Shown here: positions 40,747 through 58,535 of the stretch, one piece after another
Position numbering within the stretch: the first letter of the stretch is position 1
Layout of the letters: the number at the start of each line of letters is the position of its first letter
Source of the DNA: Paraspadella gotoi
Taxonomy: Eukaryota; Animalia; Chaetognatha
NCBI GenBank assembly: GCA_051294375.1
Contig: CM119264.1
Location: 4,615,352-4,679,351, forward strand
Length of the DNA: 64,000 nucleotides
Direction of reading: 5' to 3'
Program-made: the position numbers and the translations under genes
Notes under the pieces: model-generated
Databases searched by the model: none
Told to the model about the DNA's origin: nothing
The model's input: only the letters and a program-made list of their open reading frames with translations

Positions 40747-41029
40747 CATAGTCGAAGGACGTGACCACTGGTATCCTGTAGATCTCGTGCGCGTCCTGTA
40801 CTCCCCGCGCGTGTTTGGTCATGAGAGCGCGGAGTTTCGCGTGCGAATCGCCAACGCTGCGGCCGCCGATTTCCGGAAGGCGGAGGGCCTCTCTCGGCTG
40901 CGTCGGCGGCGGCGGAGGAGGAAGCGGCGCTGCAGGGTTCGGGCGTGTCGGCGGCGGGCGCAGAACCGCGCACCTGCCCGATCGGCCGCTGGTAAATCCA
41001 GCTGAGTCAGATGGAAGAATGGAGCCCAT
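40747..41029 (-). CDS. TEX49: TEX49/SPMIP11-like protein, exon 1 (local frame errors)
   Basis: ATG 41029; FFHLTQL and YQRPI appear in shifted frames (cf. MAFF.L..LGYQ), then LRLPEIG...SHAKLRALMTKHARGVQDAHEIYRIPVVTSFDYG; donor G|GTGGGT at 40747/40746. Downstream exon not identified. Confidence 0.6.
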
Positions 41030-41042
41030 CGTGTGTGGAGGA

Positions 41043-41103
<61 letters not shown>

Positions 41104-41723
41104 TGAGAGAGAGAGAAGAGAGAGAGCGGAAGGGATCGTAAATACGGTTTTTGGCAGAGAAGGACGAACAAAGTGGAAGGAAAAGATGGAGAACAGCGAG
41201 ACGGGAAAAGGAGAATAGAGAGGAAAAAGGAGAATAGAGGAGAAAAACAGAACAGAGAAAAAAGACAAGGAGAATCAGAGAAAGAGAGGGAGAATATAAA
41301 AGAGAGAACGGAGGAAAAATGAAAAATAAAAAATAAATAAAAAAGAAAAGAAAGAAAGAAAAAAAGAAAGAAGAAAAGAAGAAAGAAGGAAATGTCCGAA
41401 AAGAATGAGAGAGGGAGGAAAAGGAGGGAGGATGAGAAGGAGGAAGAGGAGGAGGAAGAAGAGGAGACGGCGAAGGAAGCGATGGAGGCGAAAGAAAATT
41501 TCTGAAAACGAAACACGAAAATTTAAACGAGCAGAAAAAATAAAATTTGGCCGAAAAAACTCAAATTTTTTGAGCTTGGGAGTTTCGGGTGGCTTTTTTT
41601 TTTTTTTAAGAATTGTGCGTGGGTTGGCCAAAAACAAAAACATGACGAACGTTAAAGAAAATTAACGCAACCATTTAACATTTGCTCTCTCTCTCTCTCT
41701 TCTCTCTTCTCTCTCTCTCTCTT

Positions 41724-41768
<45 letters not shown>

Positions 41769-41900
41769 GATTTTTTTCTTTTTCATCGCCGCCACGAACT
41801 TTATCTGTTTTTCTTTTAAATACCATCCTGAATTTAAAAGTGGGAAAAACGAGAAAAAAGGAAAAACGACGAACAAAAACGACGAACAAAAACGAAGAAC

Positions 41901-42162
41901 AACAAGGAACGGTTATTCCAAGGTGTTGCGCCGCATTACTTTTCTTTTTACTTATCATTAAAAACAAAAGGCGGCGCCAGTAGTCGCTTAGATTAGATTT
42001 TCAACAAATGAGCAACAATCTATAAGCAAGTTATAAGCGTTTTTAACGTAAGTGGGACAGACCGACAGACAGACATACCAACGGACCGACGGACAGACAT
42101 ACCGACCGACCGAAAAGTGAGTTATAGAGTTGCTCCGTGAGTACTCGCGGCGCAACTAAAAA
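41901..42162 (-). mobile_element. DINE-1/HINE-like element, family B (complete short copy)
   Basis: Minus strand: TTTTTAGTTGCGCCGC...GCAACTCTATA, GTCG/GTCT microsatellite, sub-terminal IR GCGGCGCAAC (41934-41925), GGAA/TTCC hairpin and terminal CTTGTT. Confidence 0.7.
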
Positions 42163-43248
42163 CGAAGAACAAAAACGAAGAACAAAAACGATGAAGGCGA
42201 AATGACGAGTCCAACGATAATGAACAACTGCGAACAATGAGGAACACTGGGATACGGTTTAAAAAAATATAATTACGGATGCGATAATTCATACAAAAGA
42301 AACAATTGCAATTAAATTAATTGAATAGTGTCTGGTATCAACTGGAAAGTTAAAAAAATATTACAATATCGAATGATAAATAGAATGAACGAATAGACGA
42401 GATATACAACAAAAATCGCCAACACAATGACCATTCGTTGCAAACGTAAAAATACGACCGAAAATAATTATCGACGACAAAAATTACTAATCGAATTTTG
42501 TGGTTTTCGAGAGTTTGCGTGTCGGCGGTCCTGGTATAATTGTCGCCATGGTAACGGTTCCTGGCAGCCCAGAATCCTGGCCGGCTCTATCTTTTATTGT
42601 ATATACATCTGAAGGACTTTCTCTATCTCAATATCTCTCTCTCTCGCTCTCCGTTTCATTCTTTATTCAAAAGCCTGAGGCGACCTCCAACGTTTTCTTC
42701 TAACTCTGGCGACAAAAGAATTGTTCTCGAGAGAAAAAGAGAGAGGGAGAGAGAGATACAGCGAGAAATTAAAAATATTACATTACATGTAAATATTAAG
42801 TCGCCAATATAAAATTGGTACAGCCAATATAAATTTATTTTGGCAAAATAAAGTATATTTATTGAGGACGATAAATCAACGTTGAGATAAAACAAAAACT
42901 AAAGAAAATTAAAAAAAAAAACTAAAATTTCTTTTTTAAACTTTATGAAAAATTAAAGTTTCTAGTGATAACGCATAAGAAAATTCGAGAGCGAATTCCC
43001 GCCCCGAAGCTACACGTTTCTACGTCAACATCTATATTAACGAATTCACTTTATTTTTTTTTTATTTTTGCTCCAAGAGAAACGCGCGATTTTCTCATTT
43101 GTTAATTACTTTTAGTCCATTGATTCGTCAGAAATTTTTTACTTCATTCATTATCGATGTATACCGGTGTTTACACCGGTAATGAATGAAGTCAAAAATT
43201 AAAACACTGTATATTAAGCTCATAATCGTATACAACAATATTTCATTA

Positions 43249-43530
43249 AGGCAGCCGCCGGGTTGCGTGTGAAGCTCAGTGTTGGCTTTAGGCTCTTCCG
43301 AGCCACAATGGCGCCGCCTGCCACTGGCGCGGTCTCGCTTTGCCAACGCAGAGGGAAGTCGTTAGTTTCGTGGTTCGAATGCACAGTATCGTGGTTAGAA
43401 TGCACAGTATCGTGGTTCGAATGCACAGTATCGTGGTTCGAATGCACAGTTGGGATGGTGCGTTCTTCCTCTGAGCTAATGGGATTGACTTAATGAGGCG
43501 GTGTTAATATACCGCCACAATACTTAATTT
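43249..43530 (+). other. Structured GC-rich island with 4x21-bp B-box-containing tandem repeat (SINE/Pol III RNA candidate)
   Basis: (TCGTGGTTCGAATGCACAGTA)x4 at 43368-43450; A-box-like AGCTCAGTG (43273) and TGGCGCGGT (43325); several hairpins. Confidence 0.4.
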
Positions 43531-43806
43531 TCAAACATTATTTTAAAGAAATATCATCCGTATTCTTTTGTCTTATGTTTCAGACGTCGAATCTCCGACT
43601 CCTTCACTCGTTAAACGTCCTAGATCTCAAGGCTTCCGCCGCGCACTTCCCGAACACACCTCGACGAGCATCTCCAACTTCAAAAGTCTCCACCAACGTT
43701 TCCAACCTCAAACCCGTCCTACTAATCGGCAACGACAAAGACTAAGACGACGACAACGAAGACGACGACGGCCCCAGATGACGGGGCCTCGTCGCCGTAA
43801 ACCTCG

Positions 43807-44473
43807 ATGCCCACGGGCGTAACGCCGACGACTGCCACGTCGGCGGCAGTGTCGGCAGCAGCGTCGGCGGCATCGTCGGCGGTAACGTCGGCGGCAGCGT
43901 CGTTGGCAGCATCAGCGTCGGCGGCATCGTCGGCGGCAACGTCAGCAGCGAAACCGACTCGATCGACAGCCCCACCTCTCGCCCGCGATTCCACGGCCGC
44001 TCAGAAGGCCGAGAAAGCAGCCGCGTCGGCACGCCCGGGCAGGCCCCGAAGAGTTCCTCGAATAAGGATCGGCGACGGAGACGACGACATCTCAGTCGAC
44101 GAGGGGGAAGAAGGCGACGCGACGACGACGAGATCGAGGCCGGGCGATCTCCCGATTTCTCGAAGACAAAAGAGCAACGCCTCAGTGGCCTTAAAGAAAA
44201 ATACTCGAAACGCGGTGAGGAAGAATATCGATTTCATAATCGTAATCAGCGTAATATCTGTAAACTTTCCCCCGGAATACCGAAGGGAGTGCTCCTGTTT
44301 TAAAATTTAAACAGTTCATACTACGTATTATTACGTAATATTAAACAACTTTATTTACAGGAAACTCAGGTACTCGGGAAGGTATTGAACAGTAGCAGTA
44401 ATTATCTAATTAATTATTTATTCAATTAATCGATAAATTTATTTTGTCATTAAGGCGAAACCGGACGATGACG

Positions 44474-44508
<35 letters not shown>

Positions 44509-44730
44509 CGCGAGAGGGAATCCTCTACGACCAACGGCGACACCCACGCGGCCGGCACCGCTGCTCCCGGCTCTGCTGCGGCTTGCTCCGCTGCTCCCGG
44601 CGCCGCGGCGTCCGCCACAGTCTCGACCTCCGGGGGCATCACTGACCTGACGGCGCTGCTCAACCGGAGTTCGCCGCTGTCGTGTCCCTGCTGCAGGACG
44701 CCGTCGCCGCAAAGCGCCAGAGAAAAGTAG
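43807..44730 (+). CDS. Hypothetical Ala/Asp-rich protein, 3 exons (~234 aa)
   Basis: Exons 43807-44214 (GCG|GTGAGG), 44361-44381 (TTACAG| ... AAG|GTATTG) and 44455-44730 (CATTAAG|, TAG); all phase 0 and open. Confidence 0.45.
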
Positions 44731-44988
44731 GGGCAAGTTGGTTTTGTTTGTTTTTGTTTGTTTTTGTTTATTTTTATTTGTTTACGGTTGTTTTTATTTT
44801 ATTCTTTTCTTTGTAACCTGTGACAAGTTTCTAGACGCTCTTCCCAGTCAATCTAGGTTATTCTTAAGTAATCCCAGTTAATCTAATTCTAAGGAAGTTA
44901 ATCTCAGCTACCCTCATTGATTTTCTACGATTTTCTCCCCATTCTTTTATCTTTCAGTTTCTGTATTAATTGGCAATTCTTCCTAGCG

Positions 44989-45047
<59 letters not shown>

Positions 45048-45514
45048 GTTCAAGATAAAAACAAAAAATTCAAATCGAAGAGTAGAAAATTCTCGAGTTT
45101 TCTTGATCATCGTTTAATTATTTTTCCTACTCGTTTGAAGAGACGCGAGGCGTCAAGAGTCAATACATTTGTTCTGATAAATCAGGGGAAGAACATATTG
45201 TTTTTAGAGCAAGTAGCATTTTACCTTTCGTACCCTTTCCGCTTTCTAATATTCTAGTAACGTTCTTGCCTTCTAACTTTCTTTCCTTCTAACTTTCTCT
45301 CCTTTTAATCTGCAATTGCATGCAGACCGTCTAACCTTTTAGCTTGTAGACTTTTTTTTCGTAAGTACTAAGTACGAACTAATTTTTCTAAACGGGCAAT
45401 CAATTAGGCCACATATCAATAGTACAAGCAACGCACGTAAAATACCAAGTTTCTACGAGGGACAAAATACTGACTAGTCTAGAACTGAATAGAACAGCTT
45501 TTAGTTAAAAATTG

Positions 45515-45755
45515 TTTTTATTTGCGCAGCGAGTACCCTCGGAGCAACTCTATAAGTCACTTTTCGGTCGGTCTGTCGGTCGGTATGTCTGTCCGTCGGT
45601 CTGTCCCACTTATGTTAAAAATGCACATAATTTGCCTATAGTTAGTTGCTCATTTGTTAAGACAGAAAAAAATCTCAGATCTAAGGGACCGCTAGCGCCG
45701 CCTTCAGGAAATTCTAAAATTATTAAGAATAAAAGACGAAATTCCGATGCAGTGC
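45515..45755 (+). mobile_element. DINE-1/HINE-like element, family B copy
   Basis: GCAACTCTATAAGTCACTTTTCGGTCGGTC...GTCCCACTTATGTTAAAAATGC...TTGCTCATTTGTT shared with 41901-42162. Confidence 0.7.
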
Positions 45756-45918
45756 GTGTCATAAATACACAAATGTCATGTAACGTCATTTCATGTCATG
45801 TCACGAGAAATACACGTGAAAATAAAGTCACATTTGATGAACCGATCTTGTCGAACTTTTCTTTATCTTTTCCTCCTCCTCTTCCTCCCCCCTACTCCTC
45901 CCTTTTATTCCTCCTCAG

Positions 45919-46685
45919 GTCAAAACACAAGAAAAACTACAAGGAGGAAAGTCCGCCGCTACTAGGACCGACCGACCCGACGCCTCGGCAACTACAACAA
46001 CAACAACAGCAGCAACAAGAACAAATCCCGTTGGAAAAACAAAAACAAAATCAACGACCAAAACATAAACAAACCCGAAGACGACGACCGTCGAAGAGAC
46101 GAAAGAGAGGGGATAGGGAAGAGGAGGAGGAGGAAGACGACGACGCATCTTCTGTCGTCGACGCCCGACGAAAGCGGCGTCATCGGCGGCGCCTTTTTTG
46201 GCCATTCGACGTCGACTCGGAACGCGGCGTCGGATGCACTTGTCGCTGCCGATCTCGCGGCGTCGCGAGTCGCCTTTGGCGGTCAGTCTTCGTCTCTAGA
46301 GATAGACGGAAAGCGGCGGCGGCGGCGGCAGCAGCGGCGGCGGCGGCGGCGTCTTCCGATGAGACTGCGATAGCGACCGAAGCGACGCCGTCGGTAAAAA
46401 AAAGAAACGGAAATCAAACAGAAGAGCAACGGAACGACGGCGGCGGCGGCGGCGGAGAAAAAAAAGAAAGGGAGCAGAGAACGACGCCGACGGAAAAGGT
46501 GAGGGGATGACCTTACCTCTCTAAGATTTTGTGTTGAATGGTAAAAATCGTAGTAACGTAGAATTTAATTGCAAGAAAATATTGAAACGAAAAATTAGAA
46601 GGATTAACTTTACAACAAACAACCTTCCTCAAAAATGATATAACCACATTTTGATAATGACTTGGGTCGTGACTCCGTCTCTCCC

Positions 46686-46739
<54 letters not shown>

Positions 46740-47059
46740 GGTCCGTTTGATTGGTCGGTCCGTCGTTCCATCGGTCGGTCGGTCGCTCAGATCTTTCCGC
46801 GGGGACAGCCCGCGATTCCCATGAAGAAGCCGAAGAGTCCGCCGACGACGACGAGAACGACGAAGACGACGATGCTGACGACGACGATGCCGACGGGGAA
46901 AGTTTTCCAGGCGACGCGATCCCGACGCGCGGCGTTGACGATTTCGTCGAAGGAGACGGCGGGAGGGTGATCCGGACGAGGTCGTGGGAGACGGAAGCGG
47001 ACTTCGCCAACTTGGAGGAAGGGTTGGAGAGGGAGCTGGATGAGTTGGACGCTGGTTGA
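45919..47059 (+). CDS. Hypothetical low-complexity protein exons (Gln/Arg/Ala then acidic)
   Basis: Acceptor TCCTCAG| ~45918, donor AAG|GTGAGG ~46498, acceptor CTCAG| 46790; GC-rich open frames, but the joining phase is ambiguous. Confidence 0.3.
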
Positions 47060-48260
47060 TCAAATAGGAAGCAGGGGAGGGGCCTCGGAAGGAGGGAAAG
47101 AAAACCTCCCTCTCCCTGAACATGATTTCTCTCTCGCGGTAGAAATGAACAATGTAACAGTCGGTGTTGTTAGATATTCACCTTTTCAACTCCTTTTACA
47201 CCCCCCTCCTCCGCCGCCGCCCAGTTCTTCCATCCGTTTTGACCAAAACATCTGCCACTCAATCATCTTTCCGCTCGCCGTTCCTCTTCTCCACCCACCC
47301 CCCGCTCCACCGCCCACCCGTTCCCTTTTCGAAATCGACTCGACTCTTTTTTTCTGTCGATAAATTTTCACCCAAATCGGAAGTCGAGTGGCGAATCTGT
47401 CGTTCGTGATGTCGCAGATGTATCTGCTTTGATTGTCACTAATTTGTCATCTGTGGTGTCGCTAATCTGTTATCGGCGGTTGTCGCATATTCGTGGATTC
47501 GTGGATTGTCGAATTTGACATCTGTGGTGCGAAAACTTTCTTATCTGTGATATCTCAAATCATTCTTCTATGGTTTTGCTTCCACACTGTCGAAATTGGT
47601 CATCTGTATGAATTTAATTGAAAAATCTGGCCTCGCCAAAAATAATTATCAAAGCTTAATCAGAATACGACAATATGCAAATGAGATTGATTCACTCAAT
47701 CTCATTTCAGATAATTCACAAATTAATCTGCTACAGTAGTAAAAAAAACCATTTCTTTTCCTAATGTCTGTTTTTCGTGAAACTTGAGCTCATGTTTTGG
47801 AAATCAGTACAAAATTGTCGAGGTAAAAGTAAAAATTTCTTTTCGAGATTGAGTCATAAAAAAAGGCAGTAAAACTATAAAAAGTGATCAGGGAAGCGAT
47901 TTTACCAAAATTCGACTTTTAAATCTCCGTTCTCACCTTCCGACTGGTTTTACCTTTACTTTTCTATCTCACTTTCTTTTCTCCTTATGCCCACCTCCAT
48001 CTTTTATATCTTTCTTTTCATTATTTTCTCTTTTCCCTTTTTTTATTTCGTTCTTTCGTTAAATCTTTAATTATTCTTTCCTTTTCCTTTACTTCATTCA
48101 ATTCTATTTACTTCCTTCAATTTTCTCTATTTTTTTCCTCTTTCCTTTTCCTTTCCTCCTTTTTTCCTTTTCCTTTTTTCCTCCACTTTTTATCGATCGA
48201 CGCGTCTCGAATCTCATTATAATGACGTAGACAGCAGAGACTGGGATTCGCAACGCATCA

Positions 48261-48369
<109 letters not shown>

Positions 48370-49207
48370 GTCTCTCTTTCGCTTATCTCTCTGCTTTATT
48401 CCCCTTTCAATCTCTCTTGCTCTCTGCTTTATTAATTGTTCTTTTTCCAAGAGGTTATCTTACCTCCCACGTTTTTTTTCTTTTTCTCTTATCTTTTTTT
48501 GCGTCTCTTGCTTTAGCTAGTAGTTTTTTTGCTATGGCTCGATTTAAATTGCCTTATTATACAGGTTAATTTTTTTTAATTTTAATGTTTATATATTATA
48601 AAATATATATTAAATATTTTATATATTATATTATTATATTATATATATTATAATATATATTATATTTACAGCTTCATATCACTTGTCTCTCACTTTACCC
48701 TAGTGAGAATCTTCACTTCTCACCCTTCCGCTTAACTTACCCTCATCTTTCGCTCAATTTCATTTAATCTCGGAAATTCCCTTTTCTTCCCCCTTCGTAC
48801 ACATTCCTCCACTTCGCTCCACTCGCCCACCCTACCACCTTCTTCCCCACCCTGCCCCCTGCCCCCTCCCACAACTCACCCCTCGCCTCTCCCCACACGT
48901 CCTCTCCGTCCAACGCCCACACTTCCGCCCACAACCTCGAGTTTCTCTCCTCGCGAGAATTTCGCACCAGAATTTCCTCCAAGAGTCGACCTTCGTTGTG
49001 AGGAAGGGAAGGAGTGAGTTAAGAATGGATAGATATCACTGGGATTCATTCATTCATTCATTTATGCAGACTAATATATAATTCGAACGAATGAAAACGA
49101 ATGAAATAATTGAGCGAATAAATGAGCAAGCTAAGTTAATCAAATAATCGATAAATTATTGTTAAAATTGAAAAGGGCTTATCGAAAAAAATTATGGGTC
49201 TATCCCT

Positions 49208-49294
<87 letters not shown>

Positions 49295-50697
49295 CTCTCG
49301 AAAACCGAACTCACTCGCCATCGGATCGTTTTTCCCCAGTTTTTGATGTTGATGATGTTGTTGATTTCGTTCGTGACGATGCGGATTTCTCGGCGGCCCC
49401 GTCATGCTTGCTCCTTACAGTTCCGACAGTGGAATAGGATCCTTGACTGGAATTCTAATTGATTATTCCGCTGGAATTCCTGTCGGAAATTTGATTCCTC
49501 CGTCGGAGATTTTGCTATTGAATGGAATCTTTGACTGGAAATCAATTACATCCCTCCGCTGGAACCCTTGACTGGAATTCTATTCGATTCTTCCACTCTA
49601 ATCAAATTTGGATCGCTTCTCTCGAAATTCCCTTGGCTGGAATTCTTCGTTCCTATTTTTTTCTCCCGCCAAATTCGAAATCGAAAATTCCCGCGTAAAA
49701 CTCTCGTCTAGGGATCGATTCTTCTCCGAATAAAAAAAAATAAATTTCCTCGTCGTTCCTTTTTTTTCCCCCGATGCTACGCTATGTTTGCCAGTCGCCA
49801 GTCGCCACACCCCACACCATTCGACCCCTTTTGCTACTTCCCCATCTGCCAATCGCGACATCAGCTCCATGGCTCGTGACCTTTCACCGGCTAAAAGAAA
49901 AAAAAAAAAAAAAAGAAAAAAAAAATCCAATTTAAATCCAGGGAAAATTCAATTTTAAGGTCACCTCACTCTGAGAAGCCAATTGACGAGATTAAAACGA
50001 CAAACGCAGACGACGAGACGTCGGAAGTTCCCTTAAAAAAAGTTATCTTTTTAAAGTCCCTCTGAATCTCGGATGTAGGGTCCCCTTAAAGACTTTAGAT
50101 TTAACCCCCTTCTCCTCTTAAAGCGTTTCCATTTTCACCTCCTTACTCCTTTAGAGTCAATCTATTAATCCGTTCGTTTCCTTCATCCATACATCCATTC
50201 ATCCATATATACAGCAATCCGATCCGTCTATCTATCCCGTTATATGAAATTATGAATCCATCTGTGACTTCGTTCCATTTATATTAATTTAGTTATACAT
50301 CGATCCATCGGTCTGTTTCGTGTATTCTTTTTACAAATATTTAATTCATCATCCCATCTGCTCCGTTCATCCATTTATCCGTTTATCCATTCATCTATCT
50401 GTCCGTCTATCATCCATTCCGTCAAACAATCCGTCAACTCTATCCATTTTTCCGTACATCAATCCATCCCTCATTCTCTCTCTCCCTTTTTATTCCTTTC
50501 AAACTCACCCACCCCCCCTAAATACCCCCCCCCTAATTACTCCCCCCCTTCATTCCAATCAGAGCGAAAAAAACGATGTTCGTTTCAACCTTCGAACGAG
50601 CGACGACGACGACGATGGCGACGACGTTGGCAACGGCGACGACGGCTGCGGCTCCGGCGGCGGCGGCGGCGGCGACTCCGGCGTGGAAAAGGCGTGG

Positions 50698-55489
<4,792 letters not shown>

Positions 55490-57964
55490 GACGCTAAGGA
55501 CTCGGACTAAAGAACGAGGTCTGAACCCGAGAATCGAGATCGTCGGAAAAGAAAGGGGATCAAAACCCTGAAACCCAGAAACCAACGCCTTACGCCAAAA
55601 CTTGATTTCCGGTTTCGCCTTTGAAAACAATTTCAAGAAAACAATTGAGGAAACAGATGAACAAAAAAATGAAACAAAGAAACGATGAAGTGGAAAGCGT
55701 TTTTGTGATAATCGTGTAATGCCGTGACACGTCGCCCTCGAAGCAACGCCGTCGCCAATGCTGTGAATTGTGTCTCTTTTTCACTGTTAAACGCTAAATT
55801 CTAAACTTTGACCAGTAAATTGAATCGACGACCCAATCGTATGTCTAATGTCTGTGCTAAGAAGGAAATTACGTGTTTAAATTTAGTGATTGACGAAGTT
55901 GAAATTATTTAAAATCGCAAATTAAATATAAACAACAGAACGAACGGAAAGGTGATGTTTTTTGTGAATATTATTTGGCCGAAACGTTTATAATGGATTA
56001 TCTCGAAAAGTCTTTGGTTTTGGTGATAGCTTTCTTTTTTCAACAGAGTTATCGTAAATTTGTTTAAAACAAACTATTTTCACTCTTCGTATTAATCTGT
56101 TCGACGCTACTATTTTATATTTACTCCAATCACTTTTAATTTATAGGAATTTAAAAACAAACTATGATTACGTTAATACAAACACGACGACAATCTTTAG
56201 CTTAGAAATGTTTTTTTCATTCACTTTTGTTGTTCATTTTTTTGATTTTAACGAATAGAATTCCGTCTTTCGCGAGTGAATCCAATCTCATCTAAATAAA
56301 ATCAAAGTTGATGAAACGGGAAGTTTTATGGTGAAAGACCAAAGGAAGTTCATTGTGATTCATAGTGATATATGATTATTTAAAGATAGGGGGCATTGAG
56401 AAATGTTTTTATTTTTAACCTTTCTCCAATTTTGATGGGATATTTGGCCTGATTTAACTTAAAAACCAGAAAATTTCGAATTTAATACGAGTCAAAGACT
56501 CAGCAGAAGAAGCAGACAAAGGAGATTAAGCGGCGAGATTTAAATTTAAGAAGAATTGAAATGAAATCTGATTTTTTAATCGAGCGGATTTGTTTTCATT
56601 AAAAAAAAAAAACAGATGGCATTCTTTGAATTTTTATCAAAGTTGTTTTGTAGTACGTCTTCCTAGTTCGAAAGTATAGTCCTTTCGCGTATAATAAGTT
56701 TGTAGATTGTTCTTCCGAGTCGTTCATAGATAGTGAAATGTATTCCGGCTTGTCAAAACTAAATATTCGTTATTACACTTTATTACAGATTCTTCCTTAC
56801 AATGAAGTTCGTTCCTAAACTTGTCTGTTACGTGTAAATATATACCTTTATTTTTGACTTTTCACAAAATTGAGTTTGCTTTTTATAATTTTTTTTTTAG
56901 AATAGTGATCATAGTTATCTATGGAGTAAATAAGTAAAAGTAAATCAACAAATAGATGAAATCTATCTCTAAAATCTAATATATTTAGCTGCAACAGGAA
57001 GAACGTAAGATTACGTATAATAACCTAACTTTAACGTAAGATGAGACTTAACTTCAACTTAATTTTATTTAAACCTACTAAATATACGACTTTATATTTA
57101 ATCTAAATATATTGTTAAACTTATTTCTAATTTTTAAACCTAACCCCTAACCCTAAATACTAGTCACTAACCTAAATCACTAACCATATCCCTAACCTCT
57201 AACTTAATCTTTAACTTTAAAAATTGAGCTAATTACGAATTCAGAATAAAGTGGGGCGTTGTTGGATTAAAAGGCCAAGAATAAACGACGGAATTTCAAA
57301 ATGAGAAAAAGATTCTCCGGAAAGATTTTCGAGAATCCCGAATCGGCCTCCGCCCATGCATGATTTATACTCCTTCAAGTCTGGCTCGACTCATTTTAAA
57401 GTGCAACGCCACCCTCTTTCTTGTTGTCGTTGTTGTTGATCTCGTCGTCCAGATTTCGAACCCCACTACCTTTCCCTTAAAACTCCTGGCCTCACTTTTA
57501 ACTTACCTAAACTTTCGCTAATTTTGTTTACGTATTGTTTCAAGGAGGAAAGGCGCGTCCCGCGGGACGGATTTTTTGTCATCTGCGATTTTTTTTTCTG
57601 GGTCATCGAAATTTGGGGCAGAAATAATCTCGATTTCTACAAACAACACCCAAAACTACGACGGCAGAAATTTCGTTTATTAAAAACATTGAGCGATATC
57701 AAAGGATTTGTTTATTATTGTCCTTTCGATTCATTCAGTCATTGAATAAGGAAAACCTTTTTGTTCAATTATCAGCCGATCGGTGACGAAATCGACGTCA
57801 CAAAATCTCGAACAGAAATCTGCTGGGAGATTTTGAGATTCATGTCGTAGTCGATCGGCTGAAATAGTCCTTGTTCTTTTATTGATACATTTATTAGCTA
57901 AACGCTGTTTCACGTGTTAACTTTAGAGTGATAAAATATCGATATCTATAAAATAAGGCGTAAA

Positions 57965-58021
<57 letters not shown>

Positions 58022-58183
58022 TCTCTTCTCTCTCTCTCTCTCTCTCTCTCGCCTCTCTCTCAGACACAAAAAACACACACAGACCCAAAAAAAAAAGAAA
58101 TTCGAGATTTAAATTTTTCTATTTCAATGAAATTTTCATTTCGATCCAGTTTTTTATCGCGACAAAGAAAGCTCTCTCTCTCT

Positions 58184-58258
<75 letters not shown>

Positions 58259-58525
58259 CTCTCTCTCTCTCTCGCGTCCGTAAAGGAACCGGTTTCTGCT
58301 CTAGCCTTTTTCAGGTCGACCGCCCTTCGACTTCGGCGACGCATCGAACCAAATCTCAAATCAGACGAAATTATAAAATTTTTTTAAAATTCTAAATATA
58401 ATATCGATGGAACTTCATTTACAGGTCGACCAAAAAAAATAATAATTACCGCGTTTTCTTTCTCAACCGTTCGCTTGGGCGTGGTGCGATCGACGACCCC
58501 GGTCGCCATAACGCCGACGCCGACG

Positions 58526-58535
58526 NNNNNNNNNN
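58526..58535. other. Assembly gap (10 N)
   Basis: 10 Ns inside a (GAC)n tract. Confidence 1.

Noticed and set aside
43270-43480. RNase P/MRP, SRP, vault RNA, tRNA-Sec or HDV ribozyme identity
   Set aside because: The AGCTCAG/CTGAGCT pairing and GCTAATGGGA are suggestive, but the CR-I/CR-V context, SRP helix 8, a cloverleaf and an HDV P2 partner could not be found.
57136-57210. Telomeric repeat or telomerase template (CCTAACCCTAA)
   Set aside because: Only about two degenerate units within an AT-rich CTAAC-type low-complexity tract.
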